Positions 44,277 to 54,066 of a DNA stretch of 64,000 bases are shown here, one piece after another. This DNA is from an uncultured Ignavibacteriaceae bacterium. GTDB lineage: Bacteria; Bacteroidota; Ignavibacteria; Ignavibacteriales; Ignavibacteriaceae. The notes under the pieces were generated by a model, which was not told the origin of the DNA, did no database searches, and was given only the letters and a program-made list of their open reading frames with translations. The stretch covers positions 444 through 64,443 of the forward strand of contig CAZKUR010000014.1 of assembly GCA_964556005.1 (NCBI GenBank), given 5' to 3'. The position numbers were made by a program, and so were the translations under genes. Each line of letters begins with the position of its first letter. The first letter of the stretch is position 1.

Positions 44277-45698
44277 TTGATTAAAAATAATTTAATAACA
44301 GTTTTGGTCATTCTGATTTTGATATCTTCTTTTTCTAATGCACAGCAAAATGGGCAGACTGTTACCGTTAGCGGCGATAGTTTAATCGGCAGGATGATAG
44401 GCGGAGAAATGATTAAAGAAGTTTTTGGAAACGTTGTGCTTAAACAGGGAAACGTTGTTGTAACGTGCGATCATGCGATTCAATATGTATCTAAAAATGA
44501 TGCTGAACTAATTGGTGATGTCATTGCTACACAGGACAGCCTGGTTATTAAAACTCCCCATGCATACTATTATGGAAATGAAAAAAAAAGCGAAAGCAAT
44601 TCCGGGGTGGAACTTAACGATAAAAAAATTATTCTCGATGCCGACAGCGGAACCTATTATTTTGATGAACACAAAGCTGTTTTTCTAAGTAATGTCAGAA
44701 TGTACGATACCGTTTCGACCTTGACTTCCGACAAATTTATTTATTATAAAGATCTCAATAAAATAATTGCGGTCGGCAATGTTAAAATTGTGGATTCAAC
44801 AGATGTTATAACCGCCGACAGCATTACTCATTTTAGAAATGACAGAATTTCAATTGCCGATAACAACGTGAAGATAACAAGCTTAAAAAACAAATCTGTA
44901 ATTTTTGGAGACCACCTTGAGGATTATGCCAAAAAACTTTATACTCTTATAAATAAGAATCCTGTTTTTATGCAGATTGATACGGTCTTTACAACAAAAA
45001 TAGATACTTTACCAGGAGACAAGGTCGATACGGTGAAAACTTCAAGGCTTGATACACTACTAATCAGCTCTAATAAAATGGAAGCTTTCCGTGATTCAAC
45101 TAATTTATTTAAAGCTGAAGATTCGGTAATGATTGTGAGAGAAGGGTTTGCATCAAAAAACGACCTGACTTTATATTTCAGAAGCGAAAGAAAAATAATC
45201 ACAAACAAACTTAAAGAAGAAGCACCTCAACCTGCTTTGTGGTATGAAAATTCGCAATTAACCGGAGACTCGGTTACAATTTTCTTAAGTAAAAGCCGTA
45301 TTGATTCTCTTGACGTCACAAATAATGCATTTTTACTTTCGCAACGCAAAGATTATCCGGCACGGTTTGATCAAACTTCGGGACAGAAGATAATTTTGAA
45401 TTTCAATAACGATAAAATAAAAAATACCAAAATTTATGGAGGAGTTCACAGCATTTATTACCTTTATGAAAAAACGACACCTAACGGATTGAACAAAGCT
45501 TCTTCACAGACGGCAGAAATTCGCTTTACAGATAATCAAGTAACCGAGGTCCGTCTTTACGGTTCCCCGACAAGCGAATATTATCCTGAAAAAATGATTA
45601 AAGGAAATGAAAAAGCCTACACTCTTCCGGGCTTTAATTTCTTAACTAATAGGCCGACAAAAATAGATATCTTGAAAAAAATTAGAAACAGAGAATAA
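44277..45698 (+). CDS. Extended OstA/LptA-like periplasmic protein
   Basis: 473-aa ORF (TTG start) with a signal peptide. It contains repeated OstA-like strands (GNVVLKQGNVVVTCDHAIQY, AVFLSNVRMYDTVSTLTSDKFIYY, AVGNVKIVDSTDVITADSITHF). It sits directly upstream of lptB, with a 1-nt gap. Confidence 0.55.
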   Translation: MIKNNLITVLVILILISSFSNAQQNGQTVTVSGDSLIGRMIGGEMIKEVFGNVVLKQGNVVVTCDHAIQYVSKNDAELIGDVIATQDSLVIKTPHAYYYGNEKKSESNSGVELNDKKIILDADSGTYYFDEHKAVFLSNVRMYDTVSTLTSDKFIYYKDLNKIIAVGNVKIVDSTDVITADSITHFRNDRISIADNNVKITSLKNKSVIFGDHLEDYAKKLYTLINKNPVFMQIDTVFTTKIDTLPGDKVDTVKTSRLDTLLISSNKMEAFRDSTNLFKAEDSVMIVREGFASKNDLTLYFRSERKIITNKLKEEAPQPALWYENSQLTGDSVTIFLSKSRIDSLDVTNNAFLLSQRKDYPARFDQTSGQKIILNFNNDKIKNTKIYGGVHSIYYLYEKTTPNGLNKASSQTAEIRFTDNQVTEVRLYGSPTSEYYPEKMIKGNEKAYTLPGFNFLTNRPTKIDILKKIRNRE

Positions 45699-45699
45699 A

Positions 45700-46437
45700 A
45701 TGAATTCAGCAACTCTTCACAGCGAAGATCTTATTAAAATATATAAAAGACGTACGGTAGTAAACAAAGCATCGGTAAAAGTAAATAAAGGCGAAATTGT
45801 CGGTTTACTTGGCCCCAACGGTGCAGGTAAAACAACAACTTTTTATATGATTATGGGGATGATAAAACCGGAATCCGGTAAAGTTTTTTTGGATGATGTC
45901 GAGATAACTTCTATTCCGATGTATAAACGCGCAAAAATGGGAATCGGTTATCTTCCGCAGGAAGCTTCAATATTTCGCCGATTATCTGTTGAAGAAAATA
46001 TTATGGCCATTCTTGAAATGACCAAACTAAAAGAGAAACAAAGAAAAGAAAAGTGCGAAAAGCTTCTTGAAGAATTGAGCATTACTAATATTAGAAAGAG
46101 TTTGGGATTCCAGTTGAGCGGCGGTGAAAGGAGAAGAACGGAAATTGCACGTTCATTAGCAACCGACCCAAGCTTTATTTTATTGGATGAGCCTTTTGCC
46201 GGTATCGATCCGATCGCTGTTGAAGATATTATGAAAATTGTGGCTAATTTGAAAAGCAGAGGAATCGGCGTTTTAATAACCGATCATAATGTTCATGAAA
46301 CTTTGAGCATTGTTGACAAAGCATACATTCTTATCAGCGGAGTAATTTTCAAACAAGGTAAAGCCGAAGAACTCGCCAATGATTCCGAAATTAGAAAGCT
46401 GTATTTAGGTGAAAAATTCAAATTAGACAGGTACTGA
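45700..46437 (+). CDS. lptB: LPS export ABC transporter ATP-binding protein LptB
   Basis: 245-aa ORF with Walker A GPNGAGKTT, signature LSGGERRR and Walker B ILLDEPFAG. Length and context are typical of LptB. Confidence 0.9.
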   Translation: MNSATLHSEDLIKIYKRRTVVNKASVKVNKGEIVGLLGPNGAGKTTTFYMIMGMIKPESGKVFLDDVEITSIPMYKRAKMGIGYLPQEASIFRRLSVEENIMAILEMTKLKEKQRKEKCEKLLEELSITNIRKSLGFQLSGGERRRTEIARSLATDPSFILLDEPFAGIDPIAVEDIMKIVANLKSRGIGVLITDHNVHETLSIVDKAYILISGVIFKQGKAEELANDSEIRKLYLGEKFKLDRY

Positions 46438-46617
46438 TTTTATTAATAAATATCAGCTGCAAATTTTCGAATTTGAATTTCTTTATCTGATTAAACTTTC
46501 GATAATTCATTAAAAACAAAAATTCATGCATACATACACTCATGCATTCATGCCTTCAACATGTCGGTTCAACTTTAAAATACTTCCTGATTGAAATTAA
46601 AGAGAATGAACTACCAA

Positions 46618-47280
46618 TTACATTTTGGAAGCCGTAAAGTCTTTCACTTCCAAATTCAAATTGTGATTCACTCTTAACCCGACCTGACCATTGTTGCTTT
46701 TAAATTTTGAAATAGGTAAGCTATTCACTTGTTGTTCATTTACAATAAAGTTAACCTTATCTTTATTAACATCCACCTCAAGAGTATTTTTCGTTTGTCC
46801 GTTTTTATCTTTTGCATTTATTGCATTATTTGCTGTCCAGTCGACAATTAAGCTTGTATTATCTCCATCTCTTGTTTTTATTAAATATTTTCCATCCTGC
46901 CTGACAAGAAAATAATAATAATGCTGACTTTTACCTTGAAGATCAGTACCCGCCCAGAATATGCCATATGCTTCAGGATGTTTTGATGCTTTGGTTTGAA
47001 TGAATTCTGCCGAGCTCTTAAAATTTCCGCTCATCATATTTTTCTTATTGTAATAAATAGCGGCGGGGCCGGAGATAAAATGGAAATCATTCCCGTTCAT
47101 TGTGAATTGAATTTCATCCGGTTTAGCATTTTTATGATCAAATCTTAATTCCCATCCTACTGGAATTTTACCGCTCCCGGAAACCTTCATATCTTTATCT
47201 TGATTCATATGATGATGATTCTGTGCCAGGGAAGGAACAACAGCCAGAATTGTACAAAGAAAAATTATCGTCAATCGCAT
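46618..47280 (-). CDS. Hypothetical secreted protein (possibly concanavalin/DUF1080-like fold)
   Basis: The ORF track gives 46618..47298. The ATG at 47280 lies 6 nt after a perfect AGGAGG and gives the signal peptide MRLTIIFLCTILAVVPSLAQ. The fold guess is weak. Confidence 0.55.
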   Translation of the reverse strand: MRLTIIFLCTILAVVPSLAQNHHHMNQDKDMKVSGSGKIPVGWELRFDHKNAKPDEIQFTMNGNDFHFISGPAAIYYNKKNMMSGNFKSSAEFIQTKASKHPEAYGIFWAGTDLQGKSQHYYYFLVRQDGKYLIKTRDGDNTSLIVDWTANNAINAKDKNGQTKNTLEVDVNKDKVNFIVNEQQVNSLPISKFKSNNGQVGLRVNHNLNLEVKDFTASKM

Positions 47281-47694
47281 AAAACCTCCTGCTAACATGA
47301 AAAATGATTTCTATTAAATAAGTGGGATTAATCTTAAAAAGAGTTCGGGAAATAATCTATGATTAGGAGCAAAGTTCACTTCTACCGGCTATTGCTGCTG
47401 AAAAATACCTAAAAATCTTATAAGTTTGAGCACTAAATAAACAGGATTTAATGAGTTCTCTTTAAACCGGAACGCCATATTTAGTATCAAATAAGATATG
47501 ATTTGATAAATTTTGCGGGATAGCTAAAAAATTTTACCGACAAATATAGACCAATCATATAATAATTAATCCGTTGGTAAATATTATCAATTATTTTATC
47601 TAATTATGGATATTTTTGTAGCGTTCTTTTTAATAATGAAATTTATTTACCATCATAATTTGGAAAATAAAAGAAATTTAACCGGGAGAAAATA

Positions 47695-49050
47695 ATGCGT
47701 TATTTCTTAATCCTCATATGCACATTTACTTTTACCTTTATGGCATACGGCCAAAAGGTACTCACATTGAATGAAGCAATAAATATTGCATTACAAAGGA
47801 ATACAACTCTTCAAAAAGCAACTAATAATCTGCAGGCATCTGAGTCTAATGTAAAAGCTGCCTACGGCAATTTTTTACCTAGCATAAATGCATCCGGAAG
47901 CTGGAACTGGAACCGAAATGTTCAAAAAGGCGGAAGTTATAGTATCGGAGGTTATGTTTTAACAAATCCGTCTGTTACTACCGAATCAAGAAATTACAGG
48001 GCAGGCGCAAACTGGTCTCTTGATTTATTTGACGGGCTTTCTAATTATGCTACTCTTTCGCAAAGTAAAAATAACCTTGAGTCTGCACAGCTTCAATTGG
48101 AAAATCTTAAGCAGAACACCGTTTTTCAAACCATGAGCTTGTATTATACAGTTGTTAACAACAAGCAATTAATGAATGTTAAAGAAGATAATTTAAAATG
48201 GAACAAGCAAAACCTTGAGACGGTAACAGAGAGAAATAAGCTTGGAGCTGTTACTCTTGCTGATGTCTATTCTGCACAGGTGCAGGAGGGAAATGCTCAG
48301 CTTGATTTAATTACGGCAAAAAATAATTTTGAAACGTCTAAAAGTAATTTGTTATATTTCCTCGGGTTAAATGTGTTGGAAAATTATACTCTCTCCGATT
48401 CTCTTACAAATACGGAACTTTCAATTCTAAATTCTAGCATGTCATCTGAATACCAGAATATTAGTCAATTAGTGAATGAAGCATTGAGCAATAGGAGCGA
48501 TTATAAAAGTGCGAAATTGGATTTTGACAGTGCAGAAAACGGAATTACTATTGCGCAATCAGGATATTTTCCAAGCTTAACCAATACTTTAGGCTACAAT
48601 TTTAATTCGGACGAAGTAAAAGACCTTTTCGAATATCCTTCTTATTCTATAGGTCTTACTCTAAGCGTACCTATTTTTTCCGGCTTCAGTACGGAAAACC
48701 GTGTTGAACAAGCTGAAGTAAATGCGATGAATAAAAAAGTAGATATGGAAGATTTGGAAAGACAAATAAAACAAAATATTCAAACTACATATTTGAATCT
48801 GCAGGCGGCTGAACAGGGATTAGCAGTAAGCAAAAACACTGTGCAATCCAGCAATGAAAATTTAAAGACATCCCAGGAAAAATATTCTTTAGGTTCGGGT
48901 ACTTTACTTGATGTTCTTACTGCAAGCTATAATTATACAAATGCACGAACGAATTATATAAATGCACAATTTCAATATATTGTGTTAAACGAGCAATTAA
49001 AATATTACCTTGGAGTTTTAGATTATAAAAAATATGAACCTCAACAATAG
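47695..49050 (+). CDS. TolC-family outer membrane efflux protein
   Basis: 451-aa ORF with a signal peptide. The N-terminal LTLNEAINIALQRN motif and two-fold repeated coiled-coil/beta segments are typical of OEP/TolC proteins. Confidence 0.85.
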   Translation: MRYFLILICTFTFTFMAYGQKVLTLNEAINIALQRNTTLQKATNNLQASESNVKAAYGNFLPSINASGSWNWNRNVQKGGSYSIGGYVLTNPSVTTESRNYRAGANWSLDLFDGLSNYATLSQSKNNLESAQLQLENLKQNTVFQTMSLYYTVVNNKQLMNVKEDNLKWNKQNLETVTERNKLGAVTLADVYSAQVQEGNAQLDLITAKNNFETSKSNLLYFLGLNVLENYTLSDSLTNTELSILNSSMSSEYQNISQLVNEALSNRSDYKSAKLDFDSAENGITIAQSGYFPSLTNTLGYNFNSDEVKDLFEYPSYSIGLTLSVPIFSGFSTENRVEQAEVNAMNKKVDMEDLERQIKQNIQTTYLNLQAAEQGLAVSKNTVQSSNENLKTSQEKYSLGSGTLLDVLTASYNYTNARTNYINAQFQYIVLNEQLKYYLGVLDYKKYEPQQ

Positions 49051-49151
49051 GATTTTATAAAATTTAGAAAATAAAAAATAATGAATATCAAACCATCATT
49101 AAAAAATTTTATTTATAAAAAAAGTTTTTTATTAAAATAGGAGAGTATTAA

Positions 49152-50444
49152 ATGGCAAACGGTCAAAAAAAGAAATCAAAGAAAAAACTTTATATTTTTG
49201 GCGGATTAGGGCTTCTGGTTGTAATTCTTGTGATAATTGCTTTTGTCAGCGGCGGAAAAGACGACATAGTTGCCGTCCAAACTGAAAAAGTTGTCAAGAG
49301 AACTATTACCCAAAGTGTAACGGCAACAGGAACTTTAGACCCTGAATTTAAAGTCACAATTACCCCGGAAGTTGCCGGAGAAATCGTCGCTCTCCCGGTT
49401 AAAGAAGGGCAATATGTTCATAAAGGTGATCTGCTTGTTAAAATCAAGCAAGATGCATATTTGGCTCAAGTCGAACAATCCGAAGCAAGCCTTGCGAGTG
49501 CTAAAGCTTCATTAACTATGAATAAAGCCCAGCTTGATAAAGTAACCTCTGATTACAATCGAACTAAAGAACTTCATGCAAAGAATCTGTCTAGTGATTC
49601 TGATTTGGAAGCGGCAAAAAGTAATTATTTATCGGCAAAGGGTTCTTATGAAGCAGCACAAGCACAAATATCTCAAATGGAAGCAGGATTAAAGGTTCAA
49701 AAAGATCAACTGAGCAAAACTACAATTTATGCTCCGATGGACGGCGTTATCAGTCAATTGAATGTACAACTCGGCGATAGGGTTCTCGGAAGTCTTTACA
49801 ATGTTGGTACCAATATTATGACAGTTTCCGATTTAAAAAGCATGCTTGCTGTTGTCGATGTCGATGAAAACGATGTTGTACTTCTTTCTGTTGGAGATAC
49901 TGCAAGAATCAAAATCGATGCTTTCGGAGATAAAGTGTTTAGAGGCCTCGTATATCAAATAGGAAATACTGCCATAAGTTCCGGCACAGGAACTCAAGAG
50001 CAGGTCGTTAATTTTGAAGTAAAGCTAAAATTCATCGACTTTGATCCTGGATTTAAACCTGGCATGTCTTGTAATGCAAAAATCGAAACCAAAACTTTGC
50101 ACGATGTTATAAGCGTTCCGATTCAAAGTGTTACGGCAAGAAGTAATATGGGAATGCCCTCTCAAAATGAGGAGTCGGAAAGCAGCGATAACAATAATGC
50201 CAAGAAGAAAAATGAAAATAGCCAAAAGCTGAAAGAAATAGTCTTCCTTTCTAAAAACGGAAAAGCTAAATCTGTCGATGTTGAAACCGGGATCAGCGAT
50301 GATAACAATATTGAAGTAAAAAGCGGTTTAAAGGTCGGTGAGGAAGTTGTAACAGGGCCATACAGGGCTATCTCTAAGGATTTACATGACGGTTCTAACA
50401 TAAGAGTAGAGAAAAAAGGCAAGATGTTCAACATTAACAAATAA
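49152..50444 (+). CDS. Efflux periplasmic adaptor (HlyD/MacA-like membrane fusion protein)
   Basis: 430-aa ORF with an N-terminal TM anchor, a lipoyl-like motif ([23 protein letters not shown]), a long coiled-coil hairpin, and beta-barrel and membrane-proximal regions. Confidence 0.85.
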   Translation: MANGQKKKSKKKLYIFGGLGLLVVILVIIAFVSGGKDDIVAVQTEKVVKRTITQSVTATGTLDPEFKVTITPEVAGEIVALPVKEGQYVHKGDLLVKIKQDAYLAQVEQSEASLASAKASLTMNKAQLDKVTSDYNRTKELHAKNLSSDSDLEAAKSNYLSAKGSYEAAQAQISQMEAGLKVQKDQLSKTTIYAPMDGVISQLNVQLGDRVLGSLYNVGTNIMTVSDLKSMLAVVDVDENDVVLLSVGDTARIKIDAFGDKVFRGLVYQIGNTAISSGTGTQEQVVNFEVKLKFIDFDPGFKPGMSCNAKIETKTLHDVISVPIQSVTARSNMGMPSQNEESESSDNNNAKKKNENSQKLKEIVFLSKNGKAKSVDVETGISDDNNIEVKSGLKVGEEVVTGPYRAISKDLHDGSNIRVEKKGKMFNINK

Positions 50445-50461
50445 TAAAATCGGAATTAAAG

Positions 50462-51184
50462 ATGAACATAATAAATATCGAACATATATCTAAAATATAC
50501 CAGGTTGGAACAGAAGAAGTACACGCTATACGGGAAATTTCTTTAAGAATCGATAAAAATGAGTATGTTGCTATAATGGGGCCTTCAGGTTCCGGTAAAT
50601 CTACATTAATGAATATGTTAGGCTGTCTGGATACACCGACTTCCGGCAAGTATGATTTCGGCGGTATAAGCGTAAGTGAAATGAGCGACAACGATCTTGC
50701 GAAAATTAGGAATAAAGAAATAGGATTTGTATTTCAAACTTTTAATCTTCTCTCAAGGTCGGATGCTATACATAACGTCGAGCTCCCGCTAATTTATGCC
50801 GGGATACCGGCACAAGAAAGACATGAGAGAGCCGAACAAGCGCTGATTGATGTTGGATTAAAAGATAGAATGCATCATAAACCAAATGAGCTTTCCGGAG
50901 GTCAAAGACAGAGAGTTGCAGTTGCAAGGGCGATTGTTACACGGCCTTCAATAATTCTTGCCGATGAGCCGACCGGAAACCTCGACTCCAAAACCGGTGA
51001 AGAAATTATGGTTCTTTTCAACATCATTTATGAAAAAGGCAATACTATTATTTTGGTGACACATGAAGAATATATTGCAGAACATGCCGCTCGTATTATT
51101 AGAATTAAAGATGGTTTAATTGCATCCGATGATCGTGTTGAGAACAGGTTTATTCCCAAACTTCGTTCGGAGGTTAATCAATAA
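50462..51184 (+). CDS. MacB/LolD-type ABC transporter ATP-binding protein (stand-alone ATPase)
   Basis: 240-aa ORF with Walker [19 protein letters not shown], signature [14 protein letters not shown] and Walker [12 protein letters not shown]. Confidence 0.9.
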   Translation: MNIINIEHISKIYQVGTEEVHAIREISLRIDKNEYVAIMGPSGSGKSTLMNMLGCLDTPTSGKYDFGGISVSEMSDNDLAKIRNKEIGFVFQTFNLLSRSDAIHNVELPLIYAGIPAQERHERAEQALIDVGLKDRMHHKPNELSGGQRQRVAVARAIVTRPSIILADEPTGNLDSKTGEEIMVLFNIIYEKGNTIILVTHEEYIAEHAARIIRIKDGLIASDDRVENRFIPKLRSEVNQ

Positions 51185-51215
51185 AAATGAAAATAATTAA
51201 AATTTAGGTAGTATT

Positions 51216-52460
51216 ATGTCCCGAATTGCTTTTTTATCGTTTGAGTTTAGGGAAAGCATGATGATTGCTTTGAGAGCGTTAAGAGCAAATAAAATTAGAG
51301 CTGCATTAACAATGCTTGGAATATTTATCGGCGTTACGGTAGTTGTTTTAATGACTACTGCGATAAAAGGTATCGATAATTCATTTCAAAAAGGAATCAG
51401 CGCTCTGGGCTCAGATGTTTTATATGTTTCCAAATGGACATGGTTTTCAAATACGCCCTGGTGGGAGATGAGAAACCGACAAAACATAACTATGGAAGAA
51501 TATTATAAATTCAAAGATCTTGTTAAACTTCCTACTGCCGTTGCTCCTACTTTATTTACAAGACAATCGTTAAAATACCAGCAGAAAGCAGTAGATAACG
51601 TTATAATTACAGGTTCGACTGCCGATTATATTAAAACGACAAACCTCACATTTGATCAAGGTAGATTCTATTCTGAGATTGAATCAAAAAGCGCAAGAAA
51701 TGTTTGTGTCCTTGGTTTCCAGGTAGCAAAAGATTTATTTACTTATGGAAATGCACTCGGCAAAGAAGTAAAAATAGGCCCCGTGAATTTTAAAGTGGTT
51801 GGAATATTAGCCGAACAAGGCAGCTTTTTATTAGGCGATATGAATCCCGATCAGCAGGTATATGTTCCTATCGGAACTGTGTTTAAATATTTTTATTCCC
51901 TTAGGCACAGCAGCATTACTATAAATGTTCGTGCTGCGAGTACTGCTGCTATAGAAAATACAAAAGCTGAAGTTGAAGGTGTTATGAGAAAAATCAGGGG
52001 GTTAAGATATGATGAGAATAACGATTTCGGAATTAATCAGCAGGAAGGTTTGACTGATCTGTTCAATAGCAGGGTCGGTGTTATACAAATTGCCGGATTA
52101 TTTATTACCGGGTTATCGTTATTCGTCGGCGCAATCGGTATTATGAATATTATGTTCGTTTCGGTTAAAGAAAGAACAAAGGAAATCGGGTTAAGAAAAG
52201 CAATCGGTGCTAAGAAAAGAACAATATTGACTCAATTTCTTTTGGAATCATCTTTTATTTGTTTAGCAGGCGGTATTTTAGGTTTATTTGCCGCAATGCT
52301 TTTAAGTATTCTGGTCAATCATTTCATTTCTACTTCGATTGATTACAGCGTTGTCGTAATTGCAATTGTAGTTTCATTAGTAACCGGACTTATTTCCGGA
52401 TTTGCCCCGGCATATACTGCTGCAAAAATGGACCCGGTGGAAGCTTTGAGGTTTGAATAA
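51216..52460 (+). CDS. ABC transporter permease, MacB-periplasmic-core + FtsX type (permease 1)
   Basis: 414-aa ORF with a TM1 - large periplasmic domain - 3 TM architecture and the FtsX-family block VSVKERTKEIGLRKAIGAKKRTIL. Confidence 0.85.
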   Translation: MSRIAFLSFEFRESMMIALRALRANKIRAALTMLGIFIGVTVVVLMTTAIKGIDNSFQKGISALGSDVLYVSKWTWFSNTPWWEMRNRQNITMEEYYKFKDLVKLPTAVAPTLFTRQSLKYQQKAVDNVIITGSTADYIKTTNLTFDQGRFYSEIESKSARNVCVLGFQVAKDLFTYGNALGKEVKIGPVNFKVVGILAEQGSFLLGDMNPDQQVYVPIGTVFKYFYSLRHSSITINVRAASTAAIENTKAEVEGVMRKIRGLRYDENNDFGINQQEGLTDLFNSRVGVIQIAGLFITGLSLFVGAIGIMNIMFVSVKERTKEIGLRKAIGAKKRTILTQFLLESSFICLAGGILGLFAAMLLSILVNHFISTSIDYSVVVIAIVVSLVTGLISGFAPAYTAAKMDPVEALRFE

Positions 52461-53692
52461 TGAGAATATTAGAAATTTTAACTATGTCATTTCAATCTAT
52501 TAAAGGTAATAGGTTGAGAACATTACTCACTATTCTTGGAGTAGTAGTAGGCATTTTCTCTATTATTGTTATAATGACAATAATAACAATGCTTCAAAAG
52601 AGTATCGAAAGCGGCGTGTCCCAGCTTGGGCAGAATACTTTTCAAATTCAAAAATTTCCCGCAATGATGAGCGGCGGCCACGCCGCCTGGCTTAAGTACC
52701 GTAACAGAAAAGATTTGACTCTCAAAGATTACGACAGGCTTAAAGGAATGCTTAAAGAAGCAAAATTTATAGGTGCAGAACAGTGGCAATTCGGTCAGGT
52801 TGTTAAATACTCGGGCGAAGAAACTAATCCTAATATTTCTGTTGCCGGCATTACTTCCGGTGCAATGAAAACTAATAATTGGTCTACTGAAAATGGAAGA
52901 GACATACGGGACCTGGATGTAAAATATTCCAATGATGTTTGCGATATCGGCCAGGATATTGTCGATAAATTATTCCCAAACATTGATCCGGTTGGACAGA
53001 TTATTAGGGTAAACAATTATCCTTTAAAAGTTATCGGTGTGCTTGATAAACAACCCCAGTTATTCGGTGAAAGCAGGGATAGTTATATAGTAATGCCCAT
53101 AACTACTTTTCAATCTATTTACGGTAAGCTGCATAGAAGTATAAACATTACGGTCATGTCGCAGAGTAAAGAAGATTATAATTCTACAATTGAATCGGCT
53201 ATTGGATATATGAGAGTTATAAGAAAAGTTGAACCGGGAAAGGAAAATGATTTTGATATTTTCAGCAACGAATCGATTATGGGACAAATAAACGATATTA
53301 CTAACGGTGTAAAAATCGGCGCAGTGGTTATTTCAATTATTGCGCTAATTGCAGCCGGAGTAGGCATAATGAATATAATGCTTGTTTCGGTAACCGAAAG
53401 GACACGTGAAATTGGAATCAGAAAAGCAATAGGAGCAAGAAAAGCATCTATCCTTTACCAATTCCTAGTAGAGGCGATTGTTTTATGCGTAACCGGCGGC
53501 TTCATTGGAATCGTACTTGGTGTAGGAATCGGTAATTTTGCTGGAAGTTTCCTGAATGCACAAATGGCCGTCCCGTATGATTGGATTGCGATAGGTTTTT
53601 TGTTGTGTGTTTTTGTAGGTATTCTATTTGGAACTTATCCTGCTTATAAAGCTTCTAACTTAGACCCGATTGAAGCACTGAGATATGAGTAA
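52460..53692 (+). CDS. ABC transporter permease, MacB/FtsX type (permease 2)
   Basis: 410-aa ORF. Its start overlaps the previous stop (ATAATG). It has the same architecture, with VSVTERTREIGIRKAIGARKASIL. Confidence 0.85.
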   Translation: MRILEILTMSFQSIKGNRLRTLLTILGVVVGIFSIIVIMTIITMLQKSIESGVSQLGQNTFQIQKFPAMMSGGHAAWLKYRNRKDLTLKDYDRLKGMLKEAKFIGAEQWQFGQVVKYSGEETNPNISVAGITSGAMKTNNWSTENGRDIRDLDVKYSNDVCDIGQDIVDKLFPNIDPVGQIIRVNNYPLKVIGVLDKQPQLFGESRDSYIVMPITTFQSIYGKLHRSINITVMSQSKEDYNSTIESAIGYMRVIRKVEPGKENDFDIFSNESIMGQINDITNGVKIGAVVISIIALIAAGVGIMNIMLVSVTERTREIGIRKAIGARKASILYQFLVEAIVLCVTGGFIGIVLGVGIGNFAGSFLNAQMAVPYDWIAIGFLLCVFVGILFGTYPAYKASNLDPIEALRYE

Positions 53693-54066
53693 CTTGGGCA
53701 GAAGGGTCTCGATGTTTTATTCTCGATATTGGATACTCGAAATTAGTTGTTCAAGGAAAAGGGTAAATGTTTCTTAGGTACATTGATTTTTGACTTCCTA
53801 CCATTCATCAATAACCAGGGACAGACTAAAGATTTGTCATCTGTAATTGGTCATTTCTATATAGAATGAATATTGGGTAATTGTCGACTTTTTCTCTATA
53901 CTAACAACTCTTCATAGGATAAACTTTTCCACATTCAAATTATTACATAACGTATAATAAAAATAAATACCATTTAATTTTTTTAAATTAAACGCGTAAT
54001 GAATTATATTTGTCAAATAATAAATTTTATAATTATGGTTGTTCTAATAAAAGCTTTTTCTTTATT

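Noticed and set aside
53693-54066. Promoter-like TTGTCA ... TATAAT in the spacer before the third permease gene
   Set aside because: The spacing between TTGTCA (54010-54015) and the TATAAT-like hexamer is only about 12 nt, too short for a sigma70-type promoter. No other convincing signal was seen, so the spacer remains unexplained.
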